Origin: Monocercomonoides exilis PA203
Lineage: Eukaryota; Protista; Preaxostyla
Length of the DNA stretch: 64,000 nucleotides
Assembly (NCBI GenBank): GCA_001643675.2
Contig: LSRY02000036.1
Location: 558,001 to 622,000 of the forward strand
Reading direction: 5' to 3'
Positions within the stretch are counted from its first letter, which is position 1; each line of letters opens with the position of its first letter. Below are positions 27,001-29,199 of this stretch, one piece after another. A program made the translations under genes and the position numbers. The notes beneath the pieces are model-generated. The model did not search any database. It saw nothing but the letters and a program-made list of their open reading frames with translations, and had not been told where the DNA came from.

Positions 27001-27815
27001 GCACAGAAAGAGGAAACGGATGGGGAAGAGAGGCTTCAGACGAGGAATGGTGCTGTGTTGATGAAGGTCGGTGGAGTGACCGTCAGTGTGAAATGTCTGA
27101 AGAATGCATGTGGAGGAAAATAGAAGACAGATATGATCATTTGCAATATCAGGAGCAAGTGCAAGAAAGCGCACTTATAACAGATGATATTTCTGCTCGC
27201 CTTCAAAAGGAACTTTCTAAATTGAGGAAGAAGAAGGAGAAGAAGAAAGAGCAATTGAAAGTCAAGAACGAATCTCCTTCGGAGGTTGTTGAATGCGAAA
27301 AAGTGAAAGGCAAAGTTTGCTGGTGCTGTGGCTCACTAGAAACAAATGGAGACTTGAGCACTTCTTTTGAGCAAACGAAGAATAGCAGTGTTGCAAATCA
27401 TGGTTCAAAGGCATCTTCTATTTCTGCGGTATCTTTTTCTCCTCAAGTTGGTATGAACCAATATTTGAGGCAAATTGAAGAAGCTCAACAGCAAAATCAG
27501 AACTTTTACCCTCTTCATTTGACACAAATGACGTTCCGCGAAGCACCACTTTTGCAAAAGTCTTCTTCTGTTGTACCGCTGCACACGTGCGCGCTAATTG
27601 CAGCTTTCAGATTACTTCTGGCCACAAATAGAATTTGTTCTTCTGCCTCTTCTTTCTGTTTGATAAAGTCAGATGAAATTCAAAATTTTGAATCTTGTAG
27701 GCATCCTCTTTCTTTTTGTTCTCTTCCTAATATCCATCCATCTTATCCATCTCAAAATGAGCTTTATTCATCAAAACGGTCATTGTTTGCATTGTCATTC
27801 CATCGTAGCTCATAG
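3..27815 (+). CDS. Giant hypothetical low-complexity protein (>9,270 aa, 5'-partial) with dispersed ARM/HEAT-like helical segments
   Basis: Stop-free frame from nt 3 (CAA CGA GAA...) to TAG at 27815. The TTG at 36 in the track is not a real start and the frame runs off the left edge. Ser-rich and Glu/Lys-rich tracts alternate with hydrophobic helical islands (e.g. LMVDLLLSPFPEVRICATDFF, LLLCLHSPDPLILHPALSALSLL, IRSLAFSSSGRVRKSASSLLILL). AT-rich non-coding DNA begins right after the stop. Confidence 0.85.
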   Translation, partial: QRETTEFYRSSLLFDFLLPLFLDRYTEACSTSLPSQQMSSSSSSSSSSSSLPSSPSSSSSLTSSSSLSLSLSSSSSIPNRPPSPSSSGSSDSSMPSRLFLLMMQPMYFFFSSVLPFFTNEKEDKWKEEKEEEEEEEKEEKEKKEADEIGNSMKKNIKKEKDTDDSGCIDISSSSSSSSSLPNGILPSACHIPSDPSSLPLSETPKKHSTISKKHLSSHSSLEMNTSAQVPLPSSSSSSSSSSSSSSPVYPEAAKNEEQILHHHHHHHHHHSQHSYQTNAGDAQDISSDFTQALLINNNKAFPFTPFSLKDFTFSNQNSSSSSSSSSSSSSSSSSSSSFSSSSSSQITRFDLNTLHPSLLTHFVLTSFSLSCFTFAFCSNLPQNHFASTLFSSQYRHSYTLQSKHTSSSSLSSSSSSLSSSASSSSSSSFTNNNQKYVPFESQSPHSPDISQFSPFFHSTSSNTPDIHSTSHNASPLSHSLSLSHSLSLSHSHSLSHPHFIPSDLPSHLFASLCSSLSSSFHNMLTHRIDVFSVPDLPLWISHLVHPFSIYLLFPTAEAGEGDDDDDVTSPTFCLNAPALRSLTSPMNGNQCALSTSSENVSSSSSASSSFSSYSSSSSSSSSANLPLLLSLRMQLSQSAQRLLFSWLSVESFAKLSKKHMASLNEIFRNFSQSQKKKGKETDAERKINDQLAFYSLQLLSQQSISNEAETNITSFDSTSASSPYFPSQSPPSYLQRMSDSSSSSPLSPQIPSSFASPTSSSSSSSASMPPLSVPPLPATTSDEMHFQFYFSLSSLRSLSFVKSCDQAAFASLLSLLSPSFSFSDHPTARAPSPSSLSSLSLVNASSTAFPSSSSSSSSSFSSSSSPSFSSSSGSSSFSSSSSSLNFASNLLSLLHSHSTSAVLLAFSFLASRLILLSERKRKEQREIRQKRALLARKVIMEYNFDPFEANGQSQTKNKGEFDDSDIPEDEREMRREIMLEEFLDVPRASSPLSSTSSSSSSSSSSSSSSPSSVLDDSSSITMPFSSSSSSSSSSSSFCDPSTSLYWTTVLIEIVAYSFGASVFSQPSSSSSSSSPSTTPSLSASASSSPISSLSSTATSNSDSLASNFSQLSQTHQDPFTRSLSSGSSPSPSPSFSRSLSPSLLLTPSTSAPPPSIQSSQKLSLSKLRRSSIGTPSPLSSSSTAKTAKPSSLRKSTSDSSFPPLLTGESEEEASSLSHSASHSFVTPPSFSAHFTHSKQLDAQSMFPSSLSLLDKFFRVISPSVLSHSSANQSPSESKGSTTLFSLSAPYSFLSSTSSSPHALSLNTHSPSLSSSFDDINTPVSFSSSHSPPPLFTLILSNILSAYLLTSTSFLSFSVCLEICLPFLLLLSHTRLVCEQFIVHLEMQKQSYHQLTLGNKQSHPSRLLHCPFRSPSLLFFHPNTTLSLAASHLHLILLLSHRSTTEQLTILVEDILSHPSLFPSSLLFIALVKVTWLIRNGEKERLHLWNQIRGGSKAICELSQFEDDSVTDKDDVRWMVEGLWIDDGVIKDEGYKNRKKEFVNSWESNVERCKMPVNQNYQMHHQQQKAKKKKKSTKKANIGHNSLPSLSQNQHSIGRSNLLTQLNAEDAEMDDDDSDDEYGTDKAVDNSNAEGSGKNGEKGEKGEEHDNSEDEEEEGEFDSDDQNLCLLTDPLLKMGKEMMSNQERKADKYNKLMTKWITSVFKRASDGEFCGSSSPSGSLPTHASEKVSFTTLIQTGVANLIHCLLTARDAVKQSDSSTIYWTQQLLKIEGRGATRSLLMGLSLFAVSHPLRLFQDLWDSIMTGILVPERIALMEAEERALSAHLLREHLASAKLERVRDVVGFGMLLQIQDKFIQTIVIEFLTKLVLESEDTQQLVYFSTIPYLSLDFNEILDEQAEEFGCEGDRWFKFKFPKGKNLDALQPSSSSSSAVVSPQRLHPSFVDDMTEYDDYSTTERFESTKTVTICDLMVDLLLSPFPEVRICATDFFIAFLSFGTLPSSTLVHPERSPPCVRSLLSPSLSSLINPNLSLFSPSTSVSNIGCTPSPFPGPSSSAVTSQTFHNSGLTSESIYPAYILADESADSFVEVCGYRLHAVSHALALSCQQFVWQKMQINLIEVLRRRSNCMREFEKEDRFKRMKTKRRHKSKVNERNSFSLNKKTSLLESKFYPNIQSHAADEFCLDSSSSSLSFVETDSNSIKQQNKYCESESAGNERRTRQDNGRHHMRLNWREVKKFENESQRKELYRYNLINKTFLSDKCKSERECLVEEFCHPNDKSTEFVVGTEEHCISASEMTMLDHPHFLSSILSFYSLMAQMGLGSDLAAFETFDAVGEGERAFDGIFKQGYLEFMKPYCYAASKNSPIKSSCTNSSNEQQIKKKAFVENDEQLETKSVLATSSSLLSSSLSSPSLTNRSRNNIDTLSTSLCSRNNFLGIIRQPPFLQNTLFRSYLGTKFLTFPYRSISPSLSFLLNMPSFRCSTTKQKKVERYSSSSCLSLRSSASDLCRLSKSSSNSSLRMVSRTNKDEHSSEHSPRNRVEHKKLDCLSSSDNDSCLPHSTPQSTTNFDNSYSISNSFDPTKKHSLVNLLCISLSMDYPFNLLASEALGEFLLRSRKFRTIAEEEEEEYAKKKERKTEKDDSDNDHFLSVYSPGMIQCVMHLLMKSSFEFVANALLLSSRFETEEFFSKLDGTNNLAFVSPDFVEKMTNHFFSFTNSSIVETTASTLRCIETLAKCSQTNCATIMSFICNEDSSFEEELDKKSINTLNKDNEPILSSNKRQTQSDKENHTNYADKHFPKHKTNESKPLMKPVIITVIDSILRLFIYLSLCYEGKDCLHINSSQFHDEETRSKPLASIGSTKFPVLTATYSTFDSQSNRSLLPPVRNEKRDMQIKQSIKNDWKQRMDLMERRQFIRWQTQNRRIGEKDEDAAARRRGEKQPYGLFFDWTDGQETIILDEEKEDNMESALRVVNGENALLEENKRSLFSYTTSANTKNLNEDKIKSFETKPICEEKYFFSFLTSLNERKELSTNGNWHLRRRMSTVEKKDKKAKNANDGSENDEKERKAAVNVLSVDSQSFIQSPSTSHALSSFSTSTTSIQPSVASLSPCAFINNPLHKSLLLTRLLISTLKAVHSLLCPLTLSFFSESLFSSAYNYQLESSVCLPSLEANDAVTDQQNSIKDNSSEGQLNPNSAASGSSYSPNAILFHCSILSLISILLSIIRESEVQRWCVNVLKKAFLISSSQSYLQILEKKIYESKKKNEMKKEKERKRQKSREVEAGPEIERGRRERCYSLTNGQNDSEAVERLVSIERRDSSFGTESFSFKRTEFLSLSPKTSGVKFANEKSNFENSNNSEQEAILETELNAIQNSSKDKPFEMVMNGMTQIFEDFCERGVAVALKPSSPSTPTETSEDLLFPLDNFEYEAQTTLNAVSEDPFSSASEQEKQLSVDVIMNKLADTQISEQSDFSFNEREELPTLQKISEKEEGEEEVSLDTNGKPIAREKAGHKHLSEENSKITKKDKDKDKDKDKKKKKGERREKSERTKKAKHTSEEKEIEKKQESDVSDAEKLNLALKEVRDKKKERKREEKRRRKPQQIRQLDEIRDLSAIQSSPFLTPVYSQSPTSSSSSSSSPAVSLPMQNFQSSLVTSPLPSYYYSSFPSASWYLLSSAALPHLDYSHKPLSSRCLIKGRMYAFLLDKLPNKLKQKMLQKGNQTNFYERRKSLSTSISSPNIHLGSYNNNNNNSDSSNSLQSPLHLLQKLAQMQSQESDQEANSRSHLIHPLLSTTPTTLFVPRQPHQMTKAEQKLMKNYQSSAFQPDSSDSGADSSFIRVSSSLLPSNAVELSVFTQMFASNKLIDSVRAAFTSPYTLIFTGVSTPMNSPSNSSSPITSSSSSSTSSSSLSSLSSACSSPTSLQTQTQQQPQFKASFSCQMSCGSLSFQQIKEDATPVCFRQMPNLIQKSPSSSSSSSSSSSSSSSSSFSSLPSATSSPLSSSLLLSSPSSSISSCSSSPKNIPLIDPSIPFFASSMNVSATHHSVFRASLPSPLPRRYHMLLPYSYVPPIFEAFAHNFSSKRVYEFEQEKERMNTISSSTSSSSTSSSTTFGNAHLSSSISPTQRKRSLNKNANRSHSTDSSSSSEEHSSASSLSPRQHRVSPSVAMQSISSSGPFSMSQPPPPPPFDPLNHTVLFSWPIFASPLLHPPMNVAPPALVTAFTKRRVVSDGEPVLQERLTNLMEGEFKEWTEFEDEEGESLPQLVNEEDINILTGERFLPKVLPKHGLLDKNGREIDSSTAAKHGISPLSSTTTNVSSSSSSSSSSSVPSTSNVFRLHLIQMVRGVYWCMVSSGGWENQEREWWKVADEMEKDNREKRAMAREMRRRKLKERREERRKRREEARILMKKEKVPSRQMADALIECIYDQSQTYFSSQTAVQPSALPAPSSSSSSSSSSPSPISMKLASSLSILPHQSDSQSSSSISSASASSTTSSSSPHSIQNTSTPSHPPSLTQPEDLFIPPLILSPSQFHQSHSAASRAASSLYNSLMQVTSLIHRYPSLIEEMLKPYQNGLLKEKGIMPGFFNEEKVYESMAVFRERRRRENRALRRRRAFHSQLLQLEKTRMRESYNRMRKMKKKRKMRIVQAIKQKFGIKEENEEGKILQRKDEMKKGKEREIREDKKEGKNEESKESKEIEGSEGESEVYHYEEDRCISFYDPNLREKLQMNEKRRNAELIKNSIRLKKMLSAKHQQSIKEKNRKKMKENEEEEEEEKRMVNEQRKNKRKSRSLRKVDADEKAKEGNRNPHEEEESSGDEVENESESESESVEEDEVEGNNELNTAGNCRKNKKCGKKQKDKLKTEGESNEDEESESESAAGEGEGEEKSKRFRLENKNKSGKHHSKRRGFSPPSLSPQPSSPQSQHAITSVLSTTPYRFSNISWRNFRKYDFVFDNSLRTVTDSTSDFNHFWKQFSPFHRKKRDSNRRSSKRHHTSSDKKTSEAKVLSASTSASSSSSTSASSPSRQKSSNVLLEIAHHTNTVVTPLQIILIIMCHPLFPLDVHIAAGRIFARVAAVSASVRSAILSSCSEDTKEVLRDPVAEARDAKAESEKEKEKDAAEKAKEDKQAELPEGIKEKREFVQIRRFGLFRVLMEVGMVWTEDDDVLNCISSDSDYLPSEEEADVSEDVFLNEVERFVQKYDATEGKTLDASDASVAPLVLSHSFSGGLVQSPSTQSEKSIETFQSSGLYSALLNGQPSPFSASSSIYESSSILSVPSFGEKHPQNELFDQKNEESEANVAGADKEKEAQKDVLQTPLSKRRDSQPIVTSHKRQLSTLSQKTIPNRVNYPKMQSGSNKSAAYDDTNLILRKGTEDNLDGEAVLKRMILTGSTTYLQPILQKLQSGSDSSSASSSASSSPSGLLVPIDTLLGYSSASSLTPSHEEFSSLFSSFYTMVVLSSMERNAVMDEYTWWSADDATPKFNTVLNKTVQRNELGAISQATQSMTSLLQRRGSSTLSASPASAQSSAALNSSAVSLSPNAPFYELNSPVQRNAGNRHDNNDSNEEVKLFPYSSSFSPSFDFKSLETPTNTLDSSQINSPIYPKAVSVESNSVDLKAFQSSSSLTPLLSSSLDDLSLPSSHLSFCAPSPKTHSEPLAHQCNGPLIPFARHLLQIRSIEEAKDRFEKMRSSLFAFFPIRRFQRNNTRLMQLRGLSEIYEMQKKMERSRERANWMRSEKKRRKELELLKMMEKKEEKKNAKENGMRLLQIDTNADVFFESAEGGRVYPDASLLPLPSPSSSPSPSPSPSPSPSPSSSTSQLTELHSQQMPQRGMNQSSTTVLPVLLLNQSSSSVFSSSFSTPQTPQTPQAAQMQQASATPLPPLSISASSSILSTPEINATHGLSHSASQASNSLSVSVLPSSSSSLSSSSSLPLHVNLPEPCGVSFNRDQSSLSSSSDSSSSQSSLSSSSSSSSFSSSSFSFSSSTSSSRSNRSRNQSSNSWHYLPIQEPSQMPIEISSLPSVDLKDVSLNIKLNSMLSPLTTLSATQMASVLPPSFTQIVNITNNSQAQAQSQQQMIQQQQNQNQVPEGFNQNSSNVTSSSSAAAANNSNVSTSASSANSTQQTNEESSSSSSSSNSRSSSSSSALSSPSGLAYFNSTPLTPANLSITSLISSQLYNRASYRRYTLSSYSHSINRFFTAACRNFPLYQSSLLSSGYLFLPWDAYSSGLRLIPSCSSSSSASASSSSSSTSNSSSSGSYQSSLSSYSTPSSSLYNHPYLIHPHLISAAASSISPSVVRKNIMFFFKHHANRLIEDSAVNGKPFGSAVTSIYQNALAQNNNEDLVHSFLSHASSSSKYSPVLPSNQNSSSISSSLSSFSSSSSSSSSSSSSSSSSSSSSSSSSSSSSSSSSSSSSSTQSSSSISSSAKVFSTPQSLLPTLIHPMQSNIHCLHLAASLVLLEELCRNNSAGHADIIGDIDRVDALNDEAETNGVNLQKTITKTRKLMAKLPSVTTSSAINAANSALSSSFTSSSLPTSAASPMHSPTPSLSPMVPPSQSAASQYHSALFPLSSSILSNFTAANATPTSSSLSFTDCLLLCLHSPDPLILHPALSALSLLFASYPYHMRHVVVNPFFASALVGILRRYVVDAVGTDEWAELRSLKEKRHDEKRRNRTKKHGKTAERSEREEEEEDDDDGEDATNELKSDKEEQQKTQYHEMYSEKQKFANKHAHSSTLPTRSSSPLSSPLSSSQTAFVYGHSWWCGCNQIVRTVLICMYSAMIVDAGAFSSALLVNAEREEAEKKEDEREKEVKRMFEEEKEKEKAANENGDSGAFAASPRKQDSAMFCGSILFPSSLSSSSSSFSSSSLPQLTQEQVNSMNEPHSSAVLPLIHLILLSAGSPVISSSAMDLSLRICSFLLLCTCLRPSLSSSPFDYLSKPPSNQQSSSISKPLPLSSYVSSSSSSASSSSSSSSSHLFPVQPAPLLSPNLRRGSAQISSPVSPQSSSSSSSSSSSSLSSSPQSVTFAIPSNSPFRSIQTPEKLTSLPISYASADQPSRSTHRTDSDTMNLPPTVDSSSFALVAPPSVPPSEINYSAAVSPRDPFPLSSPVSSPLTSSSPFGSPDFSVSPSPSPSFTSDFYSHSSFSSPSASSEKPVPLAYDVQQSPPYHSLESLSRSPIASPVTRSRTSSSSSSSSSLSSSSSTSISSSSSLLPPLLSFIPSSFVSPLPLLAGEMQQISSLIAFIRSLAFSSSGRVRKSASSLLILLLFLMDEEKAEGQMKQAATNIKQAQKKEYKLMSQQLQMLQQSPMQQKNSATIFRPISSTYDLTESAEGTNEVKERDTKERAFEEKAVKCQLNEADETSKLSLGNETTILGKIESPKQKEEEDGYCTEDGKDVKDDSNAKECSDNAAAKEDQAEKVIPKGSVVSEDKLPFYLHRRHHSLRHAKHRRLKEDQTRLHSSSSRKSHSVSSNSSRSHLMSKNGSTSQSDYSVMDSNTMSPIKLSQNAQNSENSAILNKDEDEELLLDEAKPELASSILPSASASSSSLSNPASPIALALPSTAIAPSHSRTPSSATTGTVAFHYRVKTVISPTPFYPLLTQIPSFSFANGIDLQAILDVSFSGNSKDSSASSDIVASSRSNSGAFPSVSTTDCESEQKWIVEMKKKAEMIRKWRKERIHAKSETKGVELVVAGVLLALADDIEREREERMRFARCVSEASKKRGEAEKAKQIKALKLKVKKKKKNISTLKSMFSSSVMMHSESLHSATSDKHISSVASDSASNTDEEEDPESSSSSSQSSSSSSSPSSSTSSSLASAAAASTNPDVITSSSLIFRNSSSLFTVRLPSHIPSNEMTSCALSVMSRTEEGGVLKWIGEMMSEADGTDALRAAALRVGILMIEGDRFIETPRKSTLLYECSPSNRYGMLQSSLRSSKSKKESSHHLSAAFSFYKREYFGGTSVYGKVERLSAIVEKMISNTTQIIHRPPYFNRFAPSALLSPIPKNEQQTASRGSGASEAPVLYSYQSAFQHFAPFDLFAKASNGSVLPNQTNVGSKNSIINNALSLVSSNNMPTTLFVYDTRSATDPPLSRSFVPSATSAAFQYLSPCSVNITMNANEGQLFLHSYFVYLCRGDYLRFRTKKFLQNRFASILSSSPSSWIIPSKIKQTITRSIDAIFGTQKKAKDNTGVSSSDEQNRSTATSASSTSQSSPNGAAGAENGNEPNVSTDKPNLSPMSISSTSSEAEPSLPFSYEMIDTLMLGAVGGLSRLVQTQLSLKCVSESSLLARLIEMVGAGGGGDVSLVVPFYSEVNCNNDLFEKRRLTVPKEMDENTSDLINTEILKEKPSNTISNVSSPSHSPPSLAITPIQSTEETAKPMDDPLEENHDEKSALVDSEAEGTDNNIISSTTSPGSKEQVSLKPCPSSSSPLSLHSSLASIAEDEAILMKANAEWKLAQSVLGSASILLCTSFFGGGGLTRVEMIERGALESGLALLAQILREWSYPMKGIGAKAANDKCNRDIGKEKRMEIEIRAIQKQPGEDVENENELISGTYASFNSEDNSPVVQPSTVKNASMAPFNGVPAHYSRKITLKMPLFRWIKTCYSFSLASKMLLSSVTTKSPLNRFTSYRQSSLSTLKEARLSETLEANASRVHPFITRRSLFQVRDVVLVLTMVWNIMQGEGKRGMRVFVMGNGLRILSAIVEQAEFLSDEVLRQKEWRNVIRNKEKDRKALMHKLIAHWKKNGMNVKEEMRKMKRNENEERIKEQEQSQLWNEMFESELECLFIAMWMIGTILDEFVESSMFLTVFGIASKLKQSVRTAISFVSHLVTCYPLAFSSNSASTSASSSSSSSSSTSSSSSMSSSSSSSSRSSQIFPGISLPPAALRLPTSCLSAAVHSVTSSWLSPRPPRMIAGCRNEKKNREFLMRLNKEYYRINRAKKQKEKMTKLMFSVNSFKRNASDTSETNKQNESNTFGIDNDANYYENCEEVLMVCDSDSDSCSENDGEFDADGKKNEQACTERGNGWGREASDEEWCCVDEGRWSDRQCEMSEECMWRKIEDRYDHLQYQEQVQESALITDDISARLQKELSKLRKKKEKKKEQLKVKNESPSEVVECEKVKGKVCWCCGSLETNGDLSTSFEQTKNSSVANHGSKASSISAVSFSPQVGMNQYLRQIEEAQQQNQNFYPLHLTQMTFREAPLLQKSSSVVPLHTCALIAAFRLLLATNRICSSASSFCLIKSDEIQNFESCRHPLSFCSLPNIHPSYPSQNELYSSKRSLFALSFHRSS
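19066..19235 (+). repeat. (TCTTCC)n/(TCT)n microsatellite encoding the longest poly-Ser tract of the giant ORF
   Basis: Directly visible pyrimidine-rich tandem run. Confidence 0.9.
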
Positions 27816-28096
27816 TTAGCTGGAAAAAAAATCAATTAGTTAAGATTATTAAAAATATTTTGTGTTATTTGTTGTATTAGTCAGTTTTATCTATTTTTTG
27901 TTCACTGATTATTTGTTTAATGATGAATTGATGTAAGATTTGTTCTGTTAGTTTCAGTCTTTTTATTTTGTTGGTTTTTCGATTTTAAAACATTTTGCAA
28001 TAAAAATGAAAGAATTTTTGATTAGTGATATTTGATAAAATGAATATTAAATTGGCTTATTTGAATAAATGGAAAAAAAAAAAAACTTAATGTTTA

Positions 28097-28431
28097 TAGT
28101 TGGGTGCAAAACCCGCACTTGTGCAAAAACCCGCACACTTGACATTTTCTTTTGAAATGGGGCAAAATATTTCACTTCAGGCATTTTCATTGATAAATTA
28201 TGTTCTTTTCATTGACTTTTTGATATCAAAAAATATTAAAAAAAGGGATTTATTTTTTGACATTCGTGAAATGACACAACAATTTTTGATTTGATTTCAA
28301 AGATGTTTGTTTACATATATGTAAATCAAATTTATTTAAAAATCTGAGAAAGTGAAACAAAGTTATAAGTGAAACAATTTCTTCATGCTTTGTGCATAAA
28401 AAGCTTGAAAGTCCATTTTTGACCCCAAATA
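28097..28431. mobile_element. MITE-like dispersed repeat (~335 bp) with imperfect terminal inverted repeats
   Basis: Left end TAGTTGGGTGCAAAA vs right end TTTTGACCCCAAATA (12/15 inverted match). Tandem TGCAAAA(A)CCCGCAC near the left end. The internal ~260 bp recurs, diverged, at ~32553-32815. Confidence 0.45.
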
Positions 28432-28467
28432 CTCTTCCACTTTCATATATTTGATAGCATTAAGAAT

Positions 28468-28635
28468 TTTAATGCAACCAGTGACTTTTATTTGTCCAAT
28501 ATTTACTATTTCGATAGAAAAATCAAAAATAAAATACTTTGATCTTTTTTGATCAGTTGATCAAAGTATTTAATTTTTAATTTTTTTATTGAAATAGTAT
28601 ATATTGGACAAATAAAAATCACTGGTTGCATTTAA
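28468..28635. repeat. ~165-bp imperfect palindrome (hairpin / MITE-like)
   Basis: Arm 28471-28544 (AATGCAACCAGTGACTTTTATTTGTCCAATAT...ATACTTTGATC) is the near-perfect reverse complement of 28559-28632, with a ~14-nt spacer. Confidence 0.9.
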
Positions 28636-28842
28636 ATAGGCCTTTGAGACAGACCGACATTTTTTGAAAGCATTCGACAAGTCGACCGACAAAAAAAATT
28701 TATTCAAATGTTTATTGCATTTTTTTCGTATTTTTATTTCAATTCAAACAAAATAAGATAGATATAATTCACATGTATTTACAAATAATTAATTGTTTGT
28801 TAACAATTCATAAATAAATATTTTTTATTTTTTTTCGACAAA

Positions 28843-28918
28843 GATCAGTCTGTCGAATTGATCAGCCTGTCATATAGATCAGTTTGTCAATCTGATCAAT
28901 CAGTCGAATAGATCAACT
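28843..28918. repeat. 17-bp subterminal tandem repeat (GATCAGTCTGTCGAATT-like, ~4.5 units)
   Basis: GATCA recurs at 28843, 28860, 28877, 28894 and 28911. Confidence 0.85.
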
Positions 28919-29199
28919 TTTATTTCAATAAGCTTTTATCATGGAAGTTTCAAATAACTATGATTTCATAAAGTTTTTACATTTCGAATTAAAAAATTGT
29001 ATTAAGACAAAAGAAGCAGTTTGAAAATATTGTTTTATTAAAACAAAAATGAATTGTTTTGATTTCTTTTTTTAACGAAGAGCGATGCATTGAGAAAAAA
29101 AAATAGAAGAGTTGAAAAGAAGTTATTGTTCATTTGTCAAGTTGGAATATTCGAAAACCACTAATTTTGGATAATGTGTTAAAAAAAATTTATTACGAT

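Noticed and set aside
107-27254. Numerous short overlapping and antisense ORFs inside the giant ORF
   Set aside because: Shadow frames of TCT/GAA low-complexity tracts (poly-E, poly-L, poly-K) with no independent protein signal.
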